Part shown: positions 1-9,257 of the stretch, piece by piece | How positions within the stretch are numbered: position 1 is the stretch's first letter | Layout: each line of letters begins with the position of its first letter | NCBI GenBank assembly: GCA_041167675.1 | Contig: JBEEIB010000146.1 | Location: 2,935-66,934 of the forward strand | Direction: 5' to 3' | Length of the DNA: 64,000 bases | DNA from: Verrucomicrobiota bacterium | GTDB taxonomy: Bacteria > Verrucomicrobiota > Verrucomicrobiia > Chthoniobacterales > JAFAMB01 | Made by a program: the position numbers and the translations under genes | The notes under the pieces: generated by a model | Seen by the model: only the letters and a program-made list of their open reading frames with translations | Database searches by the model: none | Told to the model about the DNA's origin: nothing

Positions 1-2660
1 GCCGGCGGTCGCGGCTGGTTTGCAGTTCGAGATCCATCCCGAAACCAAACAATTCCTGGACGAACGGCTGGGTGATGCTGCCACTCGTAATCCGGAGGCG
101 CTGCCGCTCTTGCAATTTTGCTTGGAAGCTTTGTACCAAGCTCAGGCGAAACGGGGCGACGGATTGCTCATTCATGTGGATTACGATGCGATCGGCGGAG
201 TGGAAGGCGCCCTTGCCAATCGCGCGGAGGAAACCTTTGGCGGTTTGCAGCCGGTCGAACAGGACGAGTTCGACCGGGTCATGCGAGCGGTGACAACGGC
301 GGACGATAACGAAACATTCACTCGTCGCTGGGCCGATCGAGATGAGCTTGGCCGGGTCCCGGCGACGAAAGCTTTCATGGATGCGTTTTTGGCGCCCGCA
401 GCGCGCTTGTTTGTGGTCGATCGGAATTTGGCGGGTCGCGTCGTAGTGAGTGTTACCCATGAAGCACTGCTCACACGGTGGGAGCGCTTGCATCAATGGT
501 TGCTGACCAATTTGGAAAATTTGCGTACACGGGCCCAAGTAAGCGCCGATGCCCTCCGCTGGCGGGAGAGTGGGCGCAACGAGATTATCTTTATGCCGGC
601 GCATTGCCGCTGGCGAAAGCCCAGGACTTGGCGGAGCGCGACTTTCTCGACGACGCCGAGCGGGAATTTGTTGCCGCTTCGGTGGGAGTCGTTCGATCCG
701 CTTCGGAAAAGAAGCGGCGTGATTTGCAACGAATGATCGCCGGAGTAAGCGTAGTTGCCGTTGTTGCGCTGGCGCTCGCCATCACAAGTTTCGTGCAATA
801 CTCGCGGGCTCAATCGGCCAGGAGAGAGGCGAATCAAGCCGCCCAACGGGCTAAGCTCGCGCGCTCGGAAGCTGAAAAATTGATTAACTTTCTCGTGGGA
901 GACCTCCATGACAAACTGAAGCCGATCGGGAAGCTCGATCTGTTGGCCGAAATCAGTAATCGGGTCCGCGCATATTATCAAAACTTTGCCGACCGAGAAA
1001 GAAGCCCGGAGGCGCTCAAGCAGTGGAGCACCGCATTAATAAATCAGGGTGATGTGTTCACCGATCAAGGCGACCTGGACGCTGCGCTGAAATGTTATCA
1101 AGAGTCACTCTCGATCAGGCAAAATCTGTTTCAGCAAAACTCCCAAAGCACGGAATCGCAACGAAATGTTAGCATGGCCCTCTCTAAAATCGCAGGGAAC
1201 CGGCATGCGCGGGGCAACTTTGCGAATGAACTGACCAATTACGAGCAATCGTTAGCAATCCGCAGAGGAGTCGTAAAAACTAAGCCCGAGAATCAAGATT
1301 TTCGCCATGATCTTTCAACCGCGCTGAGGGACGTAGGAAAAGCGGCCCATAATATGGGCGATGAAGCCAAGGCGCTGCAGAACTTACTTGCGGGAAGCGA
1401 TTACCGTTGACCGATCGATCATCGACGCGGAGAGCGCGCCGGCCGCTTGGCAGAATGACTTGTCCTATGCGCTGCTTCTCGCTGGAGACGTTTTAACGGA
1501 ACTAAACAATTCGTCCGAGGCGCTGCAAGATTATAAGGATTCACTTGCCATTCGCGAGAGGCTAGCGAAGGCGCAACCTGACAACTCAGATCGCCAAAGA
1601 GATTTGGCGGTAAGCTTGGAGAAAGTTGGCTATGCGCTGGTTGATGAAGAAGATGAAACGACGGCGTTGGAGAAACAACGGGCAGCTCTCGCTATCCGAG
1701 AGAGCCTAGTGGGTCGGGATCCCAAAAATGCTGATTGGCAACAGGGATTGGCAGCGAGTTATCAAAATATTGGGAGAATTCTAGCCGACCAAGGTGATCT
1801 CACGGCCGCACTGGCTAGCTATCAGAGTTGTACACGAATTCGAGAAAAATTGGCGGCAGATGATCCGTCGAATGGTCTGACTCGACGCTATCTCGCCATC
1901 GCGGATGAGGAGATTGGAGATATTTTGTTGCTCAAGGGCGACACGGTTGGCGGGCTGGAAAAGCTTCGATTGGCAGTGGCTCGCTTTCGCACGCTGGCAA
2001 CCAAAAACCCGGAGAATCTCCTTCTAAGGGGCGATCTGGGTGGTGCACTAAAGGAACTGGGGGATGCTGAGAGACTCAATAACGAATTTGAGTCTGGCTT
2101 GATCAATCTGAACGAAGCACTCTCCATTTTTGGACCGCTGACCAAGAAGGATCCCAATAACTTGTTTTGGCAATATCTGACCGCACTTACCAAGCGGAAT
2201 CTAGGAGTTCTCACTGCGTCCCAGAAGCGTTGGGCCGAAGCCACCAGACTGGAAGAAGTCGCCGAGGAGACGCTCCTTAACCTTCTCACGGCAAGATCCC
2301 TCCTCGGTTTCCTTTATCCAGGACCTGGCTATCTGTGATATTCGAATCGGCCAAGCTGCGGAAGCGAGCGGGGATGAAGAAAAAGCGATTGGACGATTCA
2401 GGGCAGCGTCCAATCTACTTGAACCCCTGGCGAACAAAAAGTCGCCGCGGCGGGAATGGATCGGCCAGTTTGCTCGCGCTGCCTATCTGTTAGGCGTGAC
2501 TTTACATTCCCCGGCGGAGAGCCAGATCGTCCTGCAGAAGGGTCGCGACGCATTGCTTACACTGGAACAAAAGAATTTCCTCAGTGCGGTCGACAAAACG
2601 ACGCTGACCGATATTCAGAACCCCCTTAATAGAAATAAAGGGCAGGGCGCGCAGAATTAA
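1..2660 (+). pseudogene. STAND-type NTPase C-terminal region, TM helix and TPR-repeat protein. It is 5' partial at the window edge and interrupted by three frameshifts.
   Basis: Frame 2 (2 to about 580) reads LPLLQFCLEALYQ...VSVTHEALLTRWERLHQWL, typical of the helical end of NACHT/nSTAND NTPases. The reading continues in frame 1 from about 580 (DYLYAGALPLAKAQDL, TM helix IAGVSVVAVVALALAI, then TPR-like repeats). It moves to frame 2 at about 1381 and frame 3 at about 2286, with stop TAA at 2658-2660. ORF-track pieces 20..736, 478..1410 and 1361..2338 are fragments of one gene. Confidence 0.7.
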
Positions 2661-2677
2661 ATTCGCGCGCCTTTTTG
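2645..2677. terminator. Bidirectional rho-independent terminator between convergent genes
   Basis: GGCGCGC(A)GAATT-A-AATTCGCGCGCC forms a hairpin. It is followed by TTTTTG on the + strand and preceded by an A-rich run that gives a T-tract on the - strand. Confidence 0.6.
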
Positions 2678-2704
2678 TTAGCACCTACTCTAACCGGGCA
2701 GATA

Positions 2705-2905
2705 TCACTGTTTCGGACTCACATTGCCGGCTGGGTGCGAGCTCGACATCGCTTTCGGCATACCGGCCGAGGACTTCTTCGGTTTGTGCTTTTTCGACTT
2801 ACTCTTCGAACTAGCCGAAGACTTCGGCGAAGGACTCGAATCGGCTGCTTGGATTGCAGCGCTGCAGCTAAAGGCAATAACCAACAGAAGAATCAACTTT
2901 TTCAT
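2705..2905 (-). CDS. Small secreted Ser/Lys/Pro-rich protein (66 aa)
   Basis: An internal ATG at 2905 gives MKKLILLLVIAFSCSAAIQA (signal peptide) followed by DSSPSPKSSASSKSKSKKHKPKKSSAGMPKAMSSSHPAGNVSPKQ. A paralog lies at 3358..3566. Confidence 0.5.
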   Translation of the reverse strand: MKKLILLLVIAFSCSAAIQAADSSPSPKSSASSKSKSKKHKPKKSSAGMPKAMSSSHPAGNVSPKQ

Positions 2906-2961
2906 GAGTAGACTGCAGGGGAGGCTAATCAGCTCTTTAGGGAAGGGCAATCCCTTAGACG

Positions 2962-2997
2962 CAAAAGGCGCGTCGACTTCAATTCACGCGCCTTTTG
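2962..2997 (-). terminator. Hairpin terminator downstream of the small lipoprotein gene
   Basis: CAAAAGGCGCG...CGCGCCTTTTG is a palindromic stem with flanking A and T tracts. Confidence 0.5.
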
Positions 2998-3073
2998 CCG
3001 CGCTCGGAACGATAAGACCGAGCGCTCCATAGGTTATTTCTTAGCCCATTTGAACCGGATTAGCGGTGCAGTA

Positions 3074-3235
3074 TTACTTCCCTACCGGCTCTTTGCCCGT
3101 CACTGGGGGCGGCGCCGGTTTCGTTTCGGAGCAACAGCCCGCGAAACTGAGGCTGATCAAAGCCGAGCAGAGTAACGCGATTATCGCTAAATTACGTGTC
3201 TTTAATCCTTTTTTTCTACTTTCCTGATTCATCAT
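3074..3235 (-). CDS. Small lipoprotein (53 aa), below the ORF-track length cut-off
   Basis: My own translation gives MMNQESRKKGLKTRNLAIIALLCSALISLSFAGCCSETKPAPPPVTGKEPVGK. It has a positively charged N-terminus, a hydrophobic core and the lipobox SFAG|C. Confidence 0.5.
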   Translation of the reverse strand: MMNQESRKKGLKTRNLAIIALLCSALISLSFAGCCSETKPAPPPVTGKEPVGK

Positions 3236-3357
3236 CGTCTTTCGTTTTTCGTTGTTACTTTGTTAGTACCTACCTGGTTGCCATTGGCGAGAGGGGGGAG
3301 ACTCTATAGGTTGGTCAGGGCCTTTTTACTTCGTTCTGATTCTAGCCCGGCATGGCC

Positions 3358-3566
3358 TCAATACTTTGGATTTGGGCTTGTTCTGCCGCCAACTGGAGGA
3401 TGCTGGCTTGCCATCGCTTTGGGCATTCCCTTTTTCGGCTTGTGCTTTTCCATTCTACTCCTTGCAGCGGCCGACATGGCAGCAAATGGCGATGGGCTAG
3501 GATGGCTGCCTGGCTAACAGCGGTAAAGCCGCAGACAGTAACCACTAGAATAAAGATCTCGTTCAT
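3358..3566 (-). pseudogene. Frameshifted paralog of the 2705..2905 small secreted protein
   Basis: The signal peptide MNEIFILVVTVCGFTAVSQA is in one frame. The homologous mature part SHPSPSPFAAMSAAARSRMEKHKPKKGMPKAMASQHPPVGGRTSPNPKY (stop 3358-3360) is in another frame. The junction is near 3498-3512. Confidence 0.45.
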
Positions 3567-3664
3567 GGACGTAGGTTGCTGGTGAGGCTAATAAACTCTC
3601 GGGGGAAACGCAATACCAACTCGTGGAGGGTTCTTCCAGCCAAAAAAAGAGCCGAAAAATGCAA

Positions 3665-3688
3665 GAGCGCCCCCTTTTGGGGACGCTC
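3665..3688 (-). terminator. Rho-independent terminator after the 940-aa gene
   Basis: On the - strand, the hairpin GAGCGTCCCC-AAAA-GGGGGCGCTC is followed by T-rich sequence (TTGCATTTTTCGGCTCTTTTTTT). Confidence 0.55.
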
Positions 3689-3715
3689 CTCATTTACTTC
3701 AGCTTCGGTCACTCT

Positions 3716-6538
3716 TTACTTCGAAGCCACATCGGCTTTCTTCAATAGCAGGGAACGGTGGCGGCGCAGGTCGAGTCCGCTGCGGACAGCCGGATATGGC
3801 TTATCGCCGTGCAGACCTTCCCAGACGATTCGATTAAACTTGTCCGGATTGACATTATCCTCACGTGTAAAATCGAGGTCCTTGGTCTTTTCCGCCCAGT
3901 AAACCGCGTCATGGGTCGGCTTCGGAATCGTCTTATTCTTTGCGAACCGTGGCGGCAATGGCAGTTGAGTGTTGTACAGGTATATCGACGGCACGGCGTC
4001 GAAAGTCCATTGCCGTTGGTTGAGGTCGAAGACTTTGGTCATCGGCTTTTCTGAAGCTGTAAGCACGTCCACATGGTCGACGTTGAGGATATCTTCAATC
4101 GTTCTAAGCATGTTGACGGTGGTGTACTTCTCCGATATCACGGCACCGTGCTTGACATACGGTCCAACGACATAACCGGTCGACCGATGCGAATCGACGT
4201 GGTCTGCACCGTCCTGGGAGTCATCTTCCAGAATGAAGATCAACGTATCGGATTTATAGGGGCTCTTCGCCACTTTTTCGATCAACTTTGCTACTGCATA
4301 ATCATTGTCAGCTTGCTGGATCTCCGGAGTGTTCACGCCGTCAAGCGCTGAACTGAATGACCCCATGTGATCTTCCATCAGGCGGACCATCGAGAGTGCC
4401 GGGAGATTGCCTTTTTTGACGTAATTATCAAATTCACGCTCCCATTCTTTCTCGCGCCAGAAATCTGGGAAGGCGGTATCGAAGCTGCGAAAGTAGAGGT
4501 CGGTGGTGTCGCGCAGAGCAACCCGAGACGGGAACCCGACTTGGATATGATCGTGGTACGGATCCCGATCACGCGGTGTTGCTTGGCCGTTTGGCAAGAA
4601 ATACTCGGTTTGATCGCAATGATAGCCGTAGTTGCGGAACGTCTTACCCGCCCGGGTGACGGCGTCCCAGATATAGCCTTGCTGCACATCATCGTCGCTG
4701 GGACCATCGAGCGCTCCGACGTCGGCAGTACCGGGCAGGATATCCGGATCACTCGGGCTGATCGGATTGATTTTCTGCCGTTGTTGGACAGTGGCAAAAC
4801 CGACATTGATGTCGCGGTTCTGGCCTTCCGAATCATAAGCCACACCTCGACTGGAGTAATTCTGCGGGATTCCAATTGTTGTCAGATTGTTCTCACGTCC
4901 GCCGAAGCTCCAGACGTGGCCGTCACCACTGACGTCGGCCGTGTTATAAAAGTTGTCCAGATCGACAAATTGCTGCGCGATCGCATGGTAGTTTGGGGTA
5001 ATCGCTTGCCCGAAATCCACCAACGTAGGATCGCCATTACCCCGATCCAAGTCACCGAGCACCTGGTCGTACGTCCGGTTTTCCTTAACCAAGTAAATCA
5101 CGTGTTTGATTCGATGCTGCAGCTCCTTAATCAAATTCGCGTCTGCCCCGTCCAGTTTAGCAGTGAACCCATTGTTTTCTGCAACTTGCTTGGTGAGGCC
5201 ATTAAGCTCCTGCTGGCTCGGCACTGGGAAGCTCTGCAGATAGGATTTCTGTAGCTCTTCGACATATTGGTTGGGATCCTTCTGGTTGAAGTAGGTCAAA
5301 CCCGGATTCGGGCCAGTTACCCCTTTGCCGTCGGCAACATAAGCATACTTTCCATCGTTGCTCAGTGTTACGGCGTTCGGTTGGAAGCCGGCCGGAATTA
5401 AGCCAATCACTTCCGGATGAAAAGGGATGCCTTTGATGACCGAAACCGCGTTGGTTCCGCCCAGGGTAACATAGAGGGTGCTGCCGTCCGGTGATAACGC
5501 GGCACTGTTAGGAGCGCTTCCACGGTAGGTCAGGACCTTGTCGAATCTGAGCTCATCCGGCGCACTCGCGATAACGCTCTGGAACAATTCATCGTTACTT
5601 GTAGTGATGATGTCGACCAGATCGCTGTTGTCCTCGGTGACGTAGAGATAGCGCTGTGTCTTGTCCAGGATCGTCTTAAGCGGGTTGCCGGCAACTTCAA
5701 TGCGAGTGACGATTTTTGGGGCCGCAATCGTAGTGAAATCGACAACGACAATCTCGCGATCGCGCGCGCTAGAGACATAGGCGGTATTGTTTCCTTTCAC
5801 TGTAACCCAGAACGGATATTCCCCGCCGGGTTTGCCTGAGTCCGCCGAATTATTCTTACCCGGGCGAAGATCGAGCTCTTTCACCACGCTGCGGCTTTGC
5901 ACGTCGATAAACGAAATCGATTCATTATTGTAATTGGCAACGACTAACGTTTGGCCGTCTTGCGTAAGGTCGATCCCGCCGGCAACGCCCGGCAAATCAC
6001 CGGGAAAGAGCGCGACACCAGAGCTATGACCGAGTTTGATCGGGGTACCCGACTCAGCCCATTGACCGTTTTGAATGCTAAATGTGTGGATGTTGTCGTC
6101 GCCACCGCCTGCGGCGTAGAAGGTCTGCCCAGTCGGATCAAACGTGATTCCGACAAAAGCGTTCGGGACCTGGAGGACCTGTTTCTTGACCGGTTTGCCT
6201 CCGCTGATGTCGAAGACAAAGATATATTCGTTGTTGAACGACTTACCTTTGGTGTCGGTCAGGTTGTTGTGACCGCCGGTCAACACGAGCAAGATTTTTC
6301 CGTCCGGACTCTTGGCTGTGCTGAGAGCGCCTCCCGCGATGAAGTTTGGAAATTCTGGAAGCTCAGGATTTAGAGCTTCATAGGTGGATTGGGGGGCAGC
6401 TGTGGGAGTAATCGTCAATCCCGAAGGTAAGAAAATACCTTGGCTGGCGATCGCCGGCGAGAGGGCCGCCAGCGAAGAGAGAGCAACCGCGCTGGACCAA
6501 GCCAAGCGGAGCAGGGGTTTCTTTTTGGGCATGAACAT
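3716..6538 (-). CDS. Secreted bifunctional-type protein with an N-terminal YncE/YVTN-like beta-propeller and a C-terminal phosphoesterase (phospholipase C / acid phosphatase family) domain
   Basis: A 940-aa intact ORF with signal peptide MFMPKKKPLLRLAWSSAVALSSLAALSPAIAS. Propeller-type repeats are present (SPDGKILLV, TQDGQTLVVANYNNESISFIDV, SPDGSTLYVT, SNDGKYAYVADG). The phosphoesterase signature is IKHVIYLVKENRTYDQVLGDL. A paralog lies at 19170..22049. Confidence 0.9.
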   Translation of the reverse strand: MFMPKKKPLLRLAWSSAVALSSLAALSPAIASQGIFLPSGLTITPTAAPQSTYEALNPELPEFPNFIAGGALSTAKSPDGKILLVLTGGHNNLTDTKGKSFNNEYIFVFDISGGKPVKKQVLQVPNAFVGITFDPTGQTFYAAGGGDDNIHTFSIQNGQWAESGTPIKLGHSSGVALFPGDLPGVAGGIDLTQDGQTLVVANYNNESISFIDVQSRSVVKELDLRPGKNNSADSGKPGGEYPFWVTVKGNNTAYVSSARDREIVVVDFTTIAAPKIVTRIEVAGNPLKTILDKTQRYLYVTEDNSDLVDIITTSNDELFQSVIASAPDELRFDKVLTYRGSAPNSAALSPDGSTLYVTLGGTNAVSVIKGIPFHPEVIGLIPAGFQPNAVTLSNDGKYAYVADGKGVTGPNPGLTYFNQKDPNQYVEELQKSYLQSFPVPSQQELNGLTKQVAENNGFTAKLDGADANLIKELQHRIKHVIYLVKENRTYDQVLGDLDRGNGDPTLVDFGQAITPNYHAIAQQFVDLDNFYNTADVSGDGHVWSFGGRENNLTTIGIPQNYSSRGVAYDSEGQNRDINVGFATVQQRQKINPISPSDPDILPGTADVGALDGPSDDDVQQGYIWDAVTRAGKTFRNYGYHCDQTEYFLPNGQATPRDRDPYHDHIQVGFPSRVALRDTTDLYFRSFDTAFPDFWREKEWEREFDNYVKKGNLPALSMVRLMEDHMGSFSSALDGVNTPEIQQADNDYAVAKLIEKVAKSPYKSDTLIFILEDDSQDGADHVDSHRSTGYVVGPYVKHGAVISEKYTTVNMLRTIEDILNVDHVDVLTASEKPMTKVFDLNQRQWTFDAVPSIYLYNTQLPLPPRFAKNKTIPKPTHDAVYWAEKTKDLDFTREDNVNPDKFNRIVWEGLHGDKPYPAVRSGLDLRRHRSLLLKKADVASK

Positions 6539-6946
6539 ATGAATTCTTCCATGATGGCGAAACGCGTGCCTTTCGAGCGGTTAACTCCAACGCCAAACTT
6601 AGAGCGATTGAGTAGCTCAAAAGGCAGAGCGGCCGCCTTCCTAACCAAATCCATGGGGTGGAAGAATTCCGGCTGGTTATTGTAAATTTTCAGTAACATT
6701 CGAACGAGACTATGGCAGGATTGTCATTTTTTGGTTTGGACGGAACCCAAACAACCACAGAATGTTTATTTATAGCAACACAGAATGAAGAAGTTGTGAG
6801 TATCTTTCAGCGCAAGAAAATGTACTTCTGAGCGGCTAGGTTGAGCTACGGCGGTTAAAGCCGGATGCGCCGCTGGAAGGTGTGCTGGTTGCGGCGCCCG
6901 GGCACAATCCAGAATTTTCCGAGGAATCCACCCGACTGTTATTGAG

Positions 6947-8445
6947 TCATGGACCGTTCCCGGGAGGCGCAAGCACCTCCCCTCGGGCGTCAGCGAGTTG
7001 TTTTCCAAGGCTCAGATTCGGTTCATTCGACTGAACGGGAAACCGAAGAATAACCGTCGTACCTTTTTCGAGTTCGCTGGTGACTTCGACGGTTCCGTGA
7101 TGCAGGCTCATAATGCTTTTGACAATCGATAAGCCCAGGCCCACGCCGTTGCGCGAATTTTGTCCGCGATAGAATCGGTCAAATAGCTTGGGCAGATCGC
7201 TTGGCGCCACGCCACTACCGTCGTCTTTCACTGCAACGATTACCTCGGCCGGCTCGCTTCTCGCTTCGATCATGACCGTACCCCCGGGTGACACATGGCG
7301 TAGTGCGTTAGAAAGGAGATTGCTAATAACCCTACGAAAGAGTGGCTCGTCCCCGCGAACCCTGACTTTACCTGTACTTGCAAGTTCGATCTGCGATTCT
7401 TTCGCTAGTGGTTCATAAAATTCCATTACCGCGGATATCGACTCATCCGCGGCGAAATTTGATTGATGAATTTCGATGTTCGCTGTCTCAGCTCTTGCCA
7501 GAAAAAGCAGACTATCGATGAGGTGAGAGAGGCGCTGATATTCTTCCAGATTGGATGCGAGAACCTCTCGATATTGTTGGGCCGTCAAGGAGCGTCCGAG
7601 AGCCACCTCCGTTCCACCCATTAGGTTACTTATCGGCGTGCGGAGCTCATGCGCAATGTTAGAGGAGAATCGAGATAGGCGTTCAAACGAGTCTTCCAAT
7701 CGTTCGAGCATTCGATCAAACTCGGCCGCTAGAGTTGCTAGTTCACGGGGCCAAATCTGTGTACTAATCCGCTCGCTTAAAGCACTCGCGGTAATCGCCT
7801 GGGCAGCTGAAGTAATCTCTCTGATTGGCCGAACACCACGATGTGCGATCCAGGTGCTCAGCAATGCCGAGATCGCGGCGGCCAGGCTAAAGCGATGAAC
7901 AGTTTTCCTTTATAATCAGCGAGGAGCCTCTGTTCATTCGAAACATCGAGCGCGATTTCGTAACGGTATTTCTCGTTTGGTGGTGCTCCGTTTACGTCCG
8001 CTGCAGTTAAGAGAAATGTATCGCCTTGCGAGGTTTGGAATTCGGTAATTTTGCCAATCGATTGGTCCAAGGATCCCGCTGGTGGAAAAACGGCATTGGA
8101 GGGCAGCAGGGAGCGAAAACCGGGTGATTCGACAATTGTTCTTCCGCGGAGGATCAGACGGGCATAGTACACGGCTTGCCGGCGCGCCGCGCTTTCCCAT
8201 TCGATTTCTTCCTCCAGGGCATTGCGATCCTCTGGGCGTTCTCGCAGGATCCGGCGAAGCACCGCGATCTTGTCGGCCAAAGTGCTTTGCTCTTCCGAGC
8301 GCAAGCTCTGGACGAGGGTCCAATATAAGAAGAACCCGGCGGCGCAGAGTACAACCGTCGACAAAACGGTATACAGCAGTGCCAGTCGAGCGACGATTGA
8401 CCAAGATCGATAAGATTCAGCGCTGCTCGAGGACATAACCCGCAC
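6947..8445 (-). pseudogene. CusS/CzcS-like heavy-metal-type sensor histidine kinase with one frameshift in the HAMP/TM2 region
   Basis: The N-terminal sensor ORF 7858..8445 ends ...LFIALAWPPRSRHC*. The C-terminal ORF 6947..7864 carries the H-box HELRTPISNLMGG and the HATPase motifs DDGSGV and GVGLGLSIV. Reading AAAISALLSTWIAHRG in the other frame joins the two parts, which implies a 1-nt indel at about 7880-7888. Confidence 0.8.
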
Positions 8446-9148
8446 CGTATACCGAGTGAATCAACGGCTTAGGAAAGGGATAATCGACCTTCCGACGCAG
8501 CCGGCGAATCGCGACGTCGACGATATTTGAATCTCCCTCGCCATCCATGTTCCAAATCTCCTTAGCAATGAATTTGCGGCCAAGGATTTCACCTGTGTTG
8601 CGAGCTAAAAGTACCAGGAGCGCGAATTCCTTTTGGGTGAGTTCCAACTGCTTGGGCCCACGAGTGACGAGATGTGTCACCAAGTTAATTTCAAGTTCCG
8701 CGACTCTGATGTTGGTCGGCAGCCGATCCGGGCCGCGTCGCAGAACCGAGCGGACGCGGGCAAGCAGCTCAGAGAAGGCGAAAGGCTTAACCAGATAATC
8801 ATCAGCACCGAGATCGAGTCCTTTGATTCGATCGCTTACTTCATCCCGAGCGGTCAAAAAGATCACAGCTGGCTGGCGACCTTCGACTCGAACCCCGCGG
8901 AGGACTGTCCAACCATCCAGACTTGGAAGCATGACATCGAGCAGCAAGAGATCGTAGTCATTTTTGAGCGCCAGCCGCAAACCATCTGAGCCATCCTTGG
9001 CTACATCAACCGACCAGCCGTGATCCTGCAATCCGTCACGCAGGAAAGCCGCGGTTTTCGCTTCGTCCTCAACAACAAGCGCTCGCTTTGGCTGCTCGAA
9101 CACAGCAGCGCATAGCTTAGGGTTTAGCCAAACGCAACGGACCAGCAA
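8417..9148 (-). CDS. OmpR-family response regulator (CusR-like heavy-metal response regulator)
   Basis: ALVVEDEAKTAAFLRDGL...LLLLDVMLPSLDGW...FLTARDEVSDRIKGLDLGADDYLVKPFAFSELLARV, followed by a winged-helix C-terminus. The true start is probably the GTG at 9103. Confidence 0.9.
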   Translation of the reverse strand: MLVRCVWLNPKLCAAVFEQPKRALVVEDEAKTAAFLRDGLQDHGWSVDVAKDGSDGLRLALKNDYDLLLLDVMLPSLDGWTVLRGVRVEGRQPAVIFLTARDEVSDRIKGLDLGADDYLVKPFAFSELLARVRSVLRRGPDRLPTNIRVAELEINLVTHLVTRGPKQLELTQKEFALLVLLARNTGEILGRKFIAKEIWNMDGEGDSNIVDVAIRRLRRKVDYPFPKPLIHSVYGAGYVLEQR

Positions 9149-9257
9149 TCAATTTTTTCGTGTAGAATCTGTCTACGGCTATCGACGCTGGTTTGCGTGT
9201 CCCGTATTCCTTAATCTGTATTCTGTGTTCCGCATTCGGTATCCCGCATTCTACCGC

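Noticed and set aside
478-2338. Two separate TPR-protein genes (ORFs 478..1410 and 1361..2338)
   Set aside because: The repeat pattern and sequence continue smoothly across the frame changes. The upstream and downstream frames also contain homologous sequence, so these are fragments of one frameshifted gene.
4367-5254. 295-aa ORF on the + strand, plus 3758..4054, 4073..4351 and 5951..6373
   Set aside because: They lie entirely antisense to the well-supported 940-aa phosphoesterase gene, have low-complexity Arg/Val/Ile-rich sequence and contain no recognisable motifs.
6947-9148. Heavy-metal resistance island
   Set aside because: Only the CusRS-like pair is present, and its kinase is broken. 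There is no efflux pump, multicopper oxidase or P-type ATPase in the window.
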